61,486 bases of DNA from an uncultured Gammaproteobacteria bacterium (GCA_964511375.1 CAZEEW010000007.1:1-61486); one strand, 5' to 3'; shown: positions 39,143 to 48,765, counted from the first letter of the stretch. Notes: generated by a model from the letters alone, not told the origin. A program made the numbers and translations.

Positions 39143-39669
39143 CGCTTTCCTCCTCCGCAGGGCTAGACAACGCCCTGCATCAACCGTGCCGGTAGGCGAA
39201 GGGGAGGTCCCTCCGCCGTTATTCACGAAAAAGGTACAAAACATTATACACTTTTCGCAAATAACGACGGAGGTTTGTCCTCGCGACTCCTGTTCTGCTA
39301 CTTTGTTATTAGGATCTCCTTTACCTTGCGGCAAAGAAGATACCTATTTGTAAAGAACTTTTCTAGATAAAGTCTGTAAACTGGCTCTTTGTCTAAAGAA
39401 ACATTTTACAAACTATATCTTTCAAATAACTGGACAGTTTAGCACCTTTTTGTTCTTTTGTCAATGCCTTGTTAGCCAAATTTGGCTAATTATAGATAAA
39501 TTTGTTTAAACAATAAACAGCCTTAGGCCGGCTGTTAGCTAGAAAAGAAAGCTAAACCAGCCGGTCCGCACTCTTCATTTCTGACTAAGTATACTGTTGC
39601 ATATTTTTGGCTGAAATTCAAGCTATCTGTGGATAAGTTCGCTTAAAGCTTATTGTATTTAGTTAATTG

Positions 39670-39678
39670 TGGTATACT
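39670..39678 (+). promoter_or_regulatory. extended -10 promoter element
   Basis: TGgTATACT, 25 nt upstream of ATG 39703. Confidence 0.5.
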
Positions 39679-39702
39679 TTAGAAGATTAATTTGAATTAT
39701 CT

Positions 39703-40179
39703 ATGAATAAATATCCTGGATCTGGGGGGATAGAGGGTCTCATGGCACCGTCAGACAGTTCACGATTTGGTGGGAGGGTGGAGCAAGGAGAAATAGATCG
39801 TCAAAATGCCCTAGCAATGTGGAGTAGCTTTGGTGATCATGTTAGTTTGCTAAAAGAAAGGACTCAAAAGATACTGTTCAAACAATATGCGACGGTAAAA
39901 GACAGAAATGGTTGGCTAGTTACGTATAACGGGCTAATCGCTAAGTTATTGGAACTCTATTCATCTTTATCCGAAGAGAGGTATAAAAAACACCTAAAAG
40001 ACCCAGAGGCTTTAGAAAAGCGATTTGCTGTCTACAAAACAGAGGTTGCTCCATATGTTGATCAAGTTGTCAGAGTCGTTAGATCTTTGCCCGCTATAAC
40101 ATCTGATCGCATACCAGGGAGTGGGGCATCAATGAGAGGGACAAGAGGCGGGGGTAAACACCGGAAAAGTAAAGAGTAG
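39703..40179 (+). CDS. hypothetical protein
   Basis: 158 aa, helical-looking with Gly-rich ends and a basic tail. It has its own promoter and shares the terminator at 40644. Confidence 0.5.
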   Translation: MNKYPGSGGIEGLMAPSDSSRFGGRVEQGEIDRQNALAMWSSFGDHVSLLKERTQKILFKQYATVKDRNGWLVTYNGLIAKLLELYSSLSEERYKKHLKDPEALEKRFAVYKTEVAPYVDQVVRVVRSLPAITSDRIPGSGASMRGTRGGGKHRKSKE

Positions 40180-40207
40180 ACGCTGAATATAAGTTTGTAA
40201 AACTTTT

Positions 40208-40630
40208 ATGAAAGATAAGTCACCTGTTAATAAAGCCGGAATAGAGAGCTATATAACTGATCCCAAAGTCAGACGTAGTCAAGAAAGGAACAGTTCTGAG
40301 TTGGCTAATGCTGAATTTGTTGCTCGTTCTCTGGAAACTAGTCTGAATGAGCTATTTTTTTTGATCGGTCGGTATACAGGACCGGCAAAGATGACTGTTT
40401 TGCCTGAAGAGGTAAGGAGATTAGTTGCGATATTAGGAACACATGTCGCTGCTGTTCAGAGGTGGAGTAAGGAATATGACAAGAAAAGCATGGGACAGAC
40501 ATTAAGCCGGCCAGGAAGACGGTTGGGTTTAAAGAATCGAGTTGAACATTTACGAGAAGTGTATGATAGAGAAGTCAAAGGTAAATTAGAGGAAATTAGG
40601 CAGGAGCTTCTAGAGCAGACTAAAGAATAA
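40208..40630 (+). CDS. hypothetical protein
   Basis: 140-aa ORF with no recognised motif. Confidence 0.5.
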   Translation: MKDKSPVNKAGIESYITDPKVRRSQERNSSELANAEFVARSLETSLNELFFLIGRYTGPAKMTVLPEEVRRLVAILGTHVAAVQRWSKEYDKKSMGQTLSRPGRRLGLKNRVEHLREVYDREVKGKLEEIRQELLEQTKE

Positions 40631-40643
40631 AAAAGCTGTAAAT

Positions 40644-40668
40644 ACCAGGTCGCTTGGCCTGGTTTTTT
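40644..40668 (+). terminator. intrinsic terminator
   Basis: ACCAGG (40644-40649) pairs with CCTGGT (40658-40663), followed by TTTTT. Confidence 0.6.
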
Positions 40669-40713
40669 CTTATCTCATGTTATCCCCATTTTGTTGTTCT
40701 ACTAAGCAAAGTG

Positions 40714-40722
40714 TGGTATAAT
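40714..40722 (+). promoter_or_regulatory. consensus extended -10 promoter element
   Basis: TGgTATAAT. It overlaps the tracked ATG 40721, which argues for the downstream start at 40751. Confidence 0.5.
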
Positions 40723-40750
40723 GATCTCATCAATTACTCACATATTTGTT

Positions 40751-43660
40751 ATGGTTGCGGCTCTAAAAGCTAGGCTTGTCGCTTTGGGGCATTTCATCGT
40801 ACCGAAAAAACGATTAGGGATCGTTAGTTTTGTTATTGTTTTGACTCTGGCTGTATTGATTTGGGCCGGTTTAACTGAGCCAGCTCATGCTGGAGTTTTT
40901 GAAGACGTTGGTAATGCTATTGTTCATGCTTTCAGCAGTCTTTTATTTTGGATAGCTTCGCTGTTCATACGTTTGGCCGTTTTTATCCTGTCTTTTATCA
41001 TCGAAATTGCTGGTTATAACGGCTTTATTGACGCTAGAGCAGTCAATTATGGTTGGGTGATGGTTCGTGACTTAGCCAACATGTTTTTTGTTGTAGTACT
41101 TTTACTCATTGCTTTTGGTACGATTCTTGGTATTGAACAATATGAATGGAAAAAACTATTAGTAAAATTAATCTTTGCCGCCATACTCGTAAACTTCAGT
41201 CGTATTATCTGTGCCCTGATCATTGATGTTGCCCAAGTAATCATGATTACCTTTGTCAACGCAATTGCGGCCACTGCTGGTGGTAATTTTATCAATGCTT
41301 TTAGTTTAGAAAAGGTTTTACAGATCAGTCGGCAGGACGGGGCAGAAGTTGGTGCAGGAGAAGTCTTCATTGCGTCAGTTGCAGCAGTAGGTTTTAGTGT
41401 CGCAGCAATGGCCATCATGGCAGTATTCTTAGTAATTCTTTTGGGACGCATGATCACTCTGTGGGTGGCGATCGTATTTTCACCAATCGCCTTTGTCTTA
41501 AATGTTATTCCACAAACTAATAAATATGCTAGTCAGTGGTGGAGTGAATTTAACAATAACGTCATTGTTGGTCCGGTTGTGGTTTTCTTTTTGTGGTTGT
41601 CCTTTGTCACTGTAGGTAGCGGAGACATCCATACGGAAATAAGTGAGAACAGCGCTTCGACACAAAAGATTTCCACTACAGAAGGAGGCACTTCGGGGGC
41701 AGACGCAGTTGGTGGAGAATCGGCTGGTTTGAGTCGTGCTATGGACTGGAACCAGATGGCAAATTTTGCTGTGGCCTTAGGTATTTTAATTGTCGGTGCT
41801 AAGGTGGCCGGACAGCTTGGTGCTACTGGCGCCAGCAGTCTTCAAAAGGCAGCTAATTTAGGTGTTAAAGCCGCTGCCCTAGCTGGCGGTGCAGTAGCAG
41901 CCAAGTGGGCTTATAAAACAGGCAAGAAAGGATTGGGTAAGGCAGGAGATTTTGCTCTAAAAAAGATGCCGATAGTCGGGAAAGAATCTTGGGACAGGAG
42001 GGGGAGAGCTATTAAAGCAATGGTGGGCGAGCAGCTAGGAAAAGTTCAAGCAAGAAGAAATAAAAAATCTTCGGATTTACTTAAAATTGCTTATGACAAA
42101 GACGGTAAGTATTCATGGTGGCAAAGAAAGAAGGCCCGTGCCCGGTTATTAGGAGCCACTGGTTCTTTTAAAGAAAAAATGGTAAAGGATAGAGAAGAGG
42201 TTGCAAAATTGCAGGCAGATGTTGCGCAATATGAAATTAGTACCACATCATCACCTGTCGGCCAAAGAAAACTACAGAGAGCCGAGGATAAGCGTAGGAG
42301 TGAGCTTCGAGCAGAAAAAAAGAAGGCGCAATATGCAGCCTCATCAGAGGATGAGGCTACGGAGAGAGCGAAACGTGTAGGTGAAATTTTTGATAGTCAT
42401 GTAGGACTTAGAAACGCAAAAAGTGCATTCGATCAGGCTAAGAGGGTCGGAGATAGAGATGGTATGCGGGCTGCCCAAGAAGAAATTGATCGAGCGACTG
42501 AAGAAGTTGAAAGCCAAATAAGAAACACGGAGTTAAATGGTAAGAAACTGACAAAAAGAGATATTTCTAACTATCAGAAGGTCAAAACTGCCCAAGATGC
42601 AGCTGCTGTCTCAGAAAACATTACAGATAATCTAGATGTACAAAAACAAAAAGGAAGTTACCGCGCTAAAGCGACAGAAGCAAGAAAGAGAGGAGAGTAT
42701 TTACGAGCTGGTTTGGCCGATCAACAAGCCGGTACTGTTGAACTGAATAAATTGAAAGAAGTTTTCAAATCTGGTGAATTGGGGTCAAATGAAAGGGCAA
42801 TTTTAGCTGCACAATTAATGCAACAAATTGTCGCTACCAGAAACCCGCCTGGTGGGGGTGCGGTTGATCAACAAAAATTAGCGAAGTTAATTAAACAAAA
42901 AGATGCTCTTAACGATTTAAACTCAACTCTAGGTGCTTATGATTGGCAGAAAGAAGAGGAAGAAGAATTAAGAGCTTTAGGTTGGAATGAGCCTTTAACA
43001 TTGGGGAATGCTGGAAGGCGATTTTTGTCTAGGAAACTAGGTAGAATAGTTCCACAAGATCAAGAGGATGCTGCCCAGGCAGAATATAGAAATTTAGTGG
43101 GTGAAAGTGAATATAGAATTAGAATGAGACAGCTTGGTGCACATGCTAAAAATCAGATGGCGCAGGGTACTGCCGGAGCTTATGTTTTCAATGAAACGCC
43201 AGATGTAGCTCCAGACGGATCTTTGACTGGTTTAAAAAATTATGAACCCGGTCCTACTACAGAGGCTGGTATATTAGCAACAATGCGTGGTTGGCATGAG
43301 TCCGGTGATCTAGAACCAAGAAAGATGAAACAAGCAATAGGATCACGTCAGCTGGGACCAAATGGTAGAAATGTTCTGATAAATATCAGCACCGAGGAAG
43401 CTCGCACGAACGCTGCTCTTTTTGGACCTTACACTATCACTAATGTATCAAGCAAATCTGAATTGCCTTCTATCGGTGACCTTAACGGCGCAGAATTAAA
43501 TGATGCAGAATTAGAAGCCCAGCTAAAGTTTTATGCTAAACAAGCCGCTGATGAGAGAGCCTTCACGATGCTTTGTAAAAAGCTTGATAAAGTTTTAGAC
43601 AGAAATCATTTTGATGAGGCAAGATTGCATGGTGTGTGGAACACACGTAACACAGTCTAA
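40751..43660 (+). CDS. polytopic membrane protein, VirB6/TrbL-like N-terminal half plus long charged coiled-coil C-terminal half
   Basis: Signal-like AHA|G site and about 8 TM segments in the first ~380 aa, followed by ~590 aa that are K/E/A/R-rich. The position is ahead of PrgI/VirB4-like genes. The tracked start is 40721. Confidence 0.4.
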   Translation: MVAALKARLVALGHFIVPKKRLGIVSFVIVLTLAVLIWAGLTEPAHAGVFEDVGNAIVHAFSSLLFWIASLFIRLAVFILSFIIEIAGYNGFIDARAVNYGWVMVRDLANMFFVVVLLLIAFGTILGIEQYEWKKLLVKLIFAAILVNFSRIICALIIDVAQVIMITFVNAIAATAGGNFINAFSLEKVLQISRQDGAEVGAGEVFIASVAAVGFSVAAMAIMAVFLVILLGRMITLWVAIVFSPIAFVLNVIPQTNKYASQWWSEFNNNVIVGPVVVFFLWLSFVTVGSGDIHTEISENSASTQKISTTEGGTSGADAVGGESAGLSRAMDWNQMANFAVALGILIVGAKVAGQLGATGASSLQKAANLGVKAAALAGGAVAAKWAYKTGKKGLGKAGDFALKKMPIVGKESWDRRGRAIKAMVGEQLGKVQARRNKKSSDLLKIAYDKDGKYSWWQRKKARARLLGATGSFKEKMVKDREEVAKLQADVAQYEISTTSSPVGQRKLQRAEDKRRSELRAEKKKAQYAASSEDEATERAKRVGEIFDSHVGLRNAKSAFDQAKRVGDRDGMRAAQEEIDRATEEVESQIRNTELNGKKLTKRDISNYQKVKTAQDAAAVSENITDNLDVQKQKGSYRAKATEARKRGEYLRAGLADQQAGTVELNKLKEVFKSGELGSNERAILAAQLMQQIVATRNPPGGGAVDQQKLAKLIKQKDALNDLNSTLGAYDWQKEEEEELRALGWNEPLTLGNAGRRFLSRKLGRIVPQDQEDAAQAEYRNLVGESEYRIRMRQLGAHAKNQMAQGTAGAYVFNETPDVAPDGSLTGLKNYEPGPTTEAGILATMRGWHESGDLEPRKMKQAIGSRQLGPNGRNVLINISTEEARTNAALFGPYTITNVSSKSELPSIGDLNGAELNDAELEAQLKFYAKQAADERAFTMLCKKLDKVLDRNHFDEARLHGVWNTRNTV

Positions 43661-43667
43661 TTAGTAT

Positions 43668-44537
43668 ATGTTTATAAGTAAACTAGATCTATCACCACAG
43701 GAGCTGGATGAGAAAGAGTCTGAGTTTAAGAAGATGGTTCTTGACCCAGAATCTGAATTTGAGCTTTACACAGAGTTGAAGAATTTTTTTAATTCAAATG
43801 AAAATAAAAGAAATCAAAATTTCGAACATACTTATTGGAGATGGTATTGCAAGCTCTCGTGGGAAAGACTTAATGCTATGGGCCCTGAAGAGGTGTTAGA
43901 TTTAGTGCGCCAGCAAATTCCAACTGCTTTGAAGCTCGGTTTTCAAATCGATAAAGAGATAATGATGTATTTGAGTGTTAATTATTACTTTGATTTTGAA
44001 AAACTCTCATCTTACTTTATTTCTCTCCAAAGAGAGTTTCTTGAGTCGAAAGCTGTAATAGGGAAAGAGGGGGAAATAACCGTAAGTCTGGCAGACATAA
44101 TTAAAGACTGGGACAATCAGGGGGATAGAGATGAGTCGCTTTATTTAGCAGAACATTTGGGGAGATTAAAAAAAATATTTTTCCCAGTGCAAGAAGCTGG
44201 GTTTTATAAGTACTATGATGAGCAAGAGAAAGTCGTAAAAAATTTTCAAAACCTGCTGGAGTTATTCTTGTATATAACTGAAGATGAAATATGGCAGGTT
44301 TTAGATCTGTTTCTTCATCGAGAAAGAGTTTCTGTAACAAACAGTAATACCGCCTCGAAACTACCTCTTTTCTCTGGTGATAGTATTAAGGAAAAAGTTT
44401 TCAAAGACAATGTCACAGATCCGCGGCTAATTCTAGAGCGTTTGCAACAACTTGCTGAACAATATAACGACCCCGCAATCCTCGAAATGTACTACTACGA
44501 TGAAGCCGAAGGTAAGTTTAAATGGAAAAATGAATAA
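43668..44537 (+). CDS. hypothetical protein
   Basis: 289-aa soluble-looking protein, tightly packed in the operon. Confidence 0.5.
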   Translation: MFISKLDLSPQELDEKESEFKKMVLDPESEFELYTELKNFFNSNENKRNQNFEHTYWRWYCKLSWERLNAMGPEEVLDLVRQQIPTALKLGFQIDKEIMMYLSVNYYFDFEKLSSYFISLQREFLESKAVIGKEGEITVSLADIIKDWDNQGDRDESLYLAEHLGRLKKIFFPVQEAGFYKYYDEQEKVVKNFQNLLELFLYITEDEIWQVLDLFLHRERVSVTNSNTASKLPLFSGDSIKEKVFKDNVTDPRLILERLQQLAEQYNDPAILEMYYYDEAEGKFKWKNE

Positions 44538-44539
44538 AT

Positions 44540-45730
44540 ATGGCTGACAGTGTGCAAAAACAAATAATGGTAACGGTAAAAAAGCCAGATGGTACTTTCG
44601 TTAAAGTGCCACTTTCGGAATTAAAAAAACCAGCATCTGCTCCGCCAAGTCCTAAGACTGAAGTACCTGCCCAAAAGGCTGCCGATCCATTTAAACCAGT
44701 GGTTACTAATAATATTTTGGTTGCCCCAGTTTCCGCTTCGCCTAAGTCAACGATGCCAGTTAATAAGCCTAAGCTTTCTCGGGAAGACTTTTCTTCGCCT
44801 TTGGAAGATGTAGTAGCAGAAGATGTTTCGTTGAGAACAGCGCTATCGCGTATCGATCAAGCGGAAGAAGTGATGAAGAGATTATCTTTTAAAGTTCCCC
44901 AGGATTATATAAATCGTCTTCGTAGTATTGTCCAATTACGCTTAAAAGATGTGCGTGGCGAAAGAGAAACTAAAGAAATGGTTCTGCGGTCGATTAAAGA
45001 TGGGGGGTTGGGTTTAACATCGCCGCAGGCTGAAGAATTACTTAGTGCTTGTAATAAAGTCTCCAATGTAAAAAATGAAGGTGTAGAGATTAAGAATATT
45101 AAAGATTTAAAAAGGTCTTTGCCTAAGTCCCTGGCGGCTAGTCTCCCAATGGTAGAGTCAAGTGAAATACCAGAAAAATATTCTCCTCCCGGAGTTCCTG
45201 CTAATTCAACTCCCTTTAATTCATTTGTTCATGATCCAAAAACTGCGTCTGGAGTAAAGGCCACGATTTTAAGTAAAGAAGAAAAATTTTTACCGGTTGA
45301 AAAAGCAGCGCCGATTGCTGCGGCTATTTCATCTAGCAAAAGAGAACAGTCTCGCCCGCAGTTCAACATCTCTAGTACCCAGGCACCGCGCGCCATGCAA
45401 GATATTGTTAGTACAGAAAAAGTCATGGGGCCAGTTGAAGAACTGAAATATGTTAGTCTTACCGATTTTCGTCGTTTGTCGAAAAATCCCGTTGAGGCTG
45501 CGAAACGGTTGGGACAAAAATTTGTTAATCTGAAAGAAGAATCGTATTTGTTGTTTCTACAGGCCCTGAGTGCTTGGAGAACTAGTCCGTTATTTCAAGA
45601 TTATCTCCGGGCTGTCTTAATTTCTCTACAAAAGGGCATCCCGTTGGAAGCGGTTGTTACGGGAAACACAGAAAATATTCAATTTCCTGAAATCCAGGCA
45701 TTAATAGAAATGGAAAAAGAATTAAATTAA
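44540..45730 (+). CDS. hypothetical protein with Pro-rich linker
   Basis: 396-aa ORF, 2 nt after the preceding stop. Confidence 0.5.
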   Translation: MADSVQKQIMVTVKKPDGTFVKVPLSELKKPASAPPSPKTEVPAQKAADPFKPVVTNNILVAPVSASPKSTMPVNKPKLSREDFSSPLEDVVAEDVSLRTALSRIDQAEEVMKRLSFKVPQDYINRLRSIVQLRLKDVRGERETKEMVLRSIKDGGLGLTSPQAEELLSACNKVSNVKNEGVEIKNIKDLKRSLPKSLAASLPMVESSEIPEKYSPPGVPANSTPFNSFVHDPKTASGVKATILSKEEKFLPVEKAAPIAAAISSSKREQSRPQFNISSTQAPRAMQDIVSTEKVMGPVEELKYVSLTDFRRLSKNPVEAAKRLGQKFVNLKEESYLLFLQALSAWRTSPLFQDYLRAVLISLQKGIPLEAVVTGNTENIQFPEIQALIEMEKELN

Positions 45731-45731
45731 T

Positions 45732-46175
45732 ATGGCTGAACAAAATCAATTCGTGGTCCCACAATTTATTGATGTAGAAGACAAAATTTTTGGTCCCATT
45801 ACCACGCGCCAGTTTATTATCCTCCTTTGCGCTGGATTAATTCTGTTTGTCTCTTACAAATTAGCAGATACTGTATTGTTTATTTTTCTTCTTGCTCTTA
45901 TCGGCGGCTTTGCACTTGTCTTAGCATTTGTTAAAATAAACGGACAAGCTTTTCATCTTTTTCTTTTAAATATTTTCCAAACCATGCGTCGACCCAGTCG
46001 AAGATTATGGAATAAATTCTACTCCAAAGAAGAATTAGAAGAACTACGTAAAATGGATAAGGTAGAAGTAGTAGAAAAAGCCAAAGTGGTCAAACAACTG
46101 TCATATAACCGTCTCCGTGATTTATCTCTAACCGTTAATACTGGAGGTTACTATAAACCAGAGGATAACGTCTAA
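45732..46175 (+). CDS. PrgI-family (VirB3-like) small membrane protein
   Basis: VPQFIDVEDKIFGPITTRQFIILL followed by two TM helices. This is the pattern I associate with PrgI/VirB3 of Gram-positive-type T4SS. Confidence 0.55.
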   Translation: MAEQNQFVVPQFIDVEDKIFGPITTRQFIILLCAGLILFVSYKLADTVLFIFLLALIGGFALVLAFVKINGQAFHLFLLNIFQTMRRPSRRLWNKFYSKEELEELRKMDKVEVVEKAKVVKQLSYNRLRDLSLTVNTGGYYKPEDNV

Positions 46176-46184
46176 CTAATTACT

Positions 46185-46871
46185 ATGAAGAACAAGTCAG
46201 TGGAAAAAAAGAAAAATTCTTTACCCTCCACCCAGAGCCATTTGCCAATTGGTGAAGTAAAACAGGACACCTTAGTTATGAAAGATGGTACGCTCCGAGC
46301 GGTGTTGTTAGTTTCGAGTATTAACTTTGCTTTAAAAAACGATGATGAACAAAGTGCAATCATTTCCGCTTATGTTTCCTTTTTAAATTCTTTAGATCAT
46401 CCGTTGCAGGTTGTAATCCAGTCACGACAGTTACATATTAAGCCTTACTTAAATACATTGGTGGAGAAGGAAAGGCAACAGACCAACGAGCTTTTACGAG
46501 CACAGATTGCGGACTACCGCTCCTTTGTAGCGGAATTGGTGGACCTTGGGAAAATTATGAGTAAGCAGTTCTTTGTTATCGTACCATACGATCCTTTGTC
46601 TAATAAGAAGAAAGGTTTTTTCAATCGGTTTGGCGAGGTTTTAAACCCCATAAAAATTGTTAAGTTAAAAGAAGAAAAATTTTTGGAACGGAAAAAAGAT
46701 TTGGACACACGTGTTCGTTTGGTGGAATCAGGATTAACAAACATGGGTCTGGAAGTGGTGCGCTTAGACACACAGTCTCTAATTGAACTAATGTACTCGA
46801 CATATAACCCGGATATTGCGTTGTCAGAGCCGTTGGCTCCCCTTGAAAAAATGCAAGTAGAAAATATCTAA
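46185..46871 (+). CDS. VirB4 N-terminal-domain-like protein (apparently split from the ATPase)
   Basis: LPIGEVKQDTLVMKDGTLRAVLLVSSINFALKNDDEQSAIISAYVSFLNSLDHPLQVVIQSR resembles the N-terminus of Gram-positive VirB4/PrgJ-type proteins from memory. Confidence 0.4.
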   Translation: MKNKSVEKKKNSLPSTQSHLPIGEVKQDTLVMKDGTLRAVLLVSSINFALKNDDEQSAIISAYVSFLNSLDHPLQVVIQSRQLHIKPYLNTLVEKERQQTNELLRAQIADYRSFVAELVDLGKIMSKQFFVIVPYDPLSNKKKGFFNRFGEVLNPIKIVKLKEEKFLERKKDLDTRVRLVESGLTNMGLEVVRLDTQSLIELMYSTYNPDIALSEPLAPLEKMQVENI

Positions 46872-46876
46872 ATATT

Positions 46877-48748
46877 ATGGCTTTTAAACCCGGCAATACA
46901 ATCAAAGATAATAATCCCCGTGTTAGTCTTTTACAGAAAGAGAAAGGCAAGTTGGCTGAAGAATCATCCGAAGAGCTACTAACTTTAGAAGAAGAGCGCA
47001 TCTATCGTGAAGGCACTGTTTCGATCCGCGACCTCATGGCTCCGGCCTCTTTTAACGTTGAACCAAGCTTCTTGCAACTGGGAGATGTTTTTGCACGTAC
47101 TATCTTTGTAATTAGCTACCCTCGCTACATCTCGATTGGCTGGAGTTCGCCAGTAATTAACTTGTCCGTAACCATGGACATCTCCATGTTCTTTTATCCC
47201 GTAAAGTCCGGTGTTATATTAAAGCAATTAAAAAACAAAGTTGGTGCACTGGAAGCCCAGATTTCTGCCGATACTGAAAAGGGCGCGCCGCGTGACCCAA
47301 TTCGTGAAACAGCGCTCCGGGATATTGAAGGGTTACGAGATGACTTAACCCAAGGCATCGAACACTTTTTTCAGTTTTCTTTTTATGTGACCTTATATGC
47401 TAAAAGCAAAGCAGAGTTAGACCAGATTAGTGAAGATGTTGAGAATATCTTTGGTGGTAAGTTGATCTATAGCCGTAAAGTATTGTTCCAATCCGAACAG
47501 GGTTTTAATTCCACCCTGCCACTCGCGAACGACGAACTGATGATTGCCTTTAACATGAACTCGTCACCGATTGCAGCTTCCTTCCCTTTTATTTCCGCGG
47601 AATTAACCTCGGACGAAGGAATTTTGTATGGTATTAATCGACATAACAATAGTCTAATTCTGTTTGATCGTTTTTCCTTACAAAATGCCAACATGGTTGT
47701 TTTTGCTACCTCGGGCGCTGGTAAAAGTTACGCGATTAAATTGGAGATTTTACGTAGCATGATGATGGGTACGGATGTTATTGTTATTGATCCAGAGATG
47801 GAATACAAACATTTGTGTGACGCGGTTGGCGGAACGTACATCAACATCTCGCTTTCGTCAGAAAGTAAAGTCAATCCTTTTGATTTACCCCGGCCAATGG
47901 GCCAAGAAGTTTCTGTTGAAGACATTATCCGTGGCGCTGTTATTACGGTAAAAGGTTTGCTACGTATCATGTTGGGGGGTATTACTACCGAAGAGGATTC
48001 TATCATTGACCGCGCTTTAATTGAAACCTATGCTAAAAAGGATATTACAGCCGATGCTGATTTATCTGTAGTAACACCGCCCATAATGCAAGATTTGCAA
48101 GAAGTTTTAGAAGGTATGGAGGGTTCAAGTGATTTGGTCCTTAAGCTCAAAAAATATACCGACGGTACCTTTAGTGGTTTGTTTAATTCGCCAACTAACG
48201 TGGATACCAAAAACCAGTTGGTAGTATTTAGTGTCCGTGATCTGGAAGACGAATTACGACCCTTAGCAATTTATGCTATTGTTAACTATATTTGGAATGT
48301 TGTTCGCTCTGAGCGCAAAAAACGTATCCTAGTCATTGATGAAGCTTGGTGGCTTATGCAACACGAAGATTCCGCTCGTTTCATCTACGCTCTTGTTAAG
48401 CGTTGTCGTAAATACTATCTCGGTGTTACAACTATTACCCAAGATGTTAACGATTTCTTGCGCTCACAATATGGTCAAGCTATTGTGACCAACTCAGCTT
48501 TGCAAATGCTTCTTCGTCAGTCACCAGCCTCGGTAGACATGATTCAAAAAGTATTTCTATTAACAGACAGTGAAAAATATTTGTTACTTGAGAGCGGAGT
48601 GGGTGAAGGAATCTTCTTTGCCGGGTTGAAACATGCAGCGATTAAAGTAGTTGCTTCATATACTGAAGATCAGCTAGTCACCACTAACCCGCAGCAGTTA
48701 TTAGAAATTGAAAAAGCAAAAAAAGATTTTGAAGAGCAGATGGGTTAA
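46877..48748 (+). CDS. VirB4/TraC/PrgJ-type type IV secretion ATPase
   Basis: Walker A FATSGAGKSY and Walker B RILVIDEAWWLM, with ITQDVNDF downstream. 623 aa. Confidence 0.8.
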   Translation: MAFKPGNTIKDNNPRVSLLQKEKGKLAEESSEELLTLEEERIYREGTVSIRDLMAPASFNVEPSFLQLGDVFARTIFVISYPRYISIGWSSPVINLSVTMDISMFFYPVKSGVILKQLKNKVGALEAQISADTEKGAPRDPIRETALRDIEGLRDDLTQGIEHFFQFSFYVTLYAKSKAELDQISEDVENIFGGKLIYSRKVLFQSEQGFNSTLPLANDELMIAFNMNSSPIAASFPFISAELTSDEGILYGINRHNNSLILFDRFSLQNANMVVFATSGAGKSYAIKLEILRSMMMGTDVIVIDPEMEYKHLCDAVGGTYINISLSSESKVNPFDLPRPMGQEVSVEDIIRGAVITVKGLLRIMLGGITTEEDSIIDRALIETYAKKDITADADLSVVTPPIMQDLQEVLEGMEGSSDLVLKLKKYTDGTFSGLFNSPTNVDTKNQLVVFSVRDLEDELRPLAIYAIVNYIWNVVRSERKKRILVIDEAWWLMQHEDSARFIYALVKRCRKYYLGVTTITQDVNDFLRSQYGQAIVTNSALQMLLRQSPASVDMIQKVFLLTDSEKYLLLESGVGEGIFFAGLKHAAIKVVASYTEDQLVTTNPQQLLEIEKAKKDFEEQMG

Positions 48749-48765
48749 TATATTAAGTTTAAATT

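Noticed and set aside
39143-39334. N-terminal extension (64 aa) of the tracked 201-aa ORF 38729-39334.
   Set aside because: The extension crosses the compositional boundary and contains the SD and leader hairpin. The internal ATG 39142 gives a clean signal peptide.
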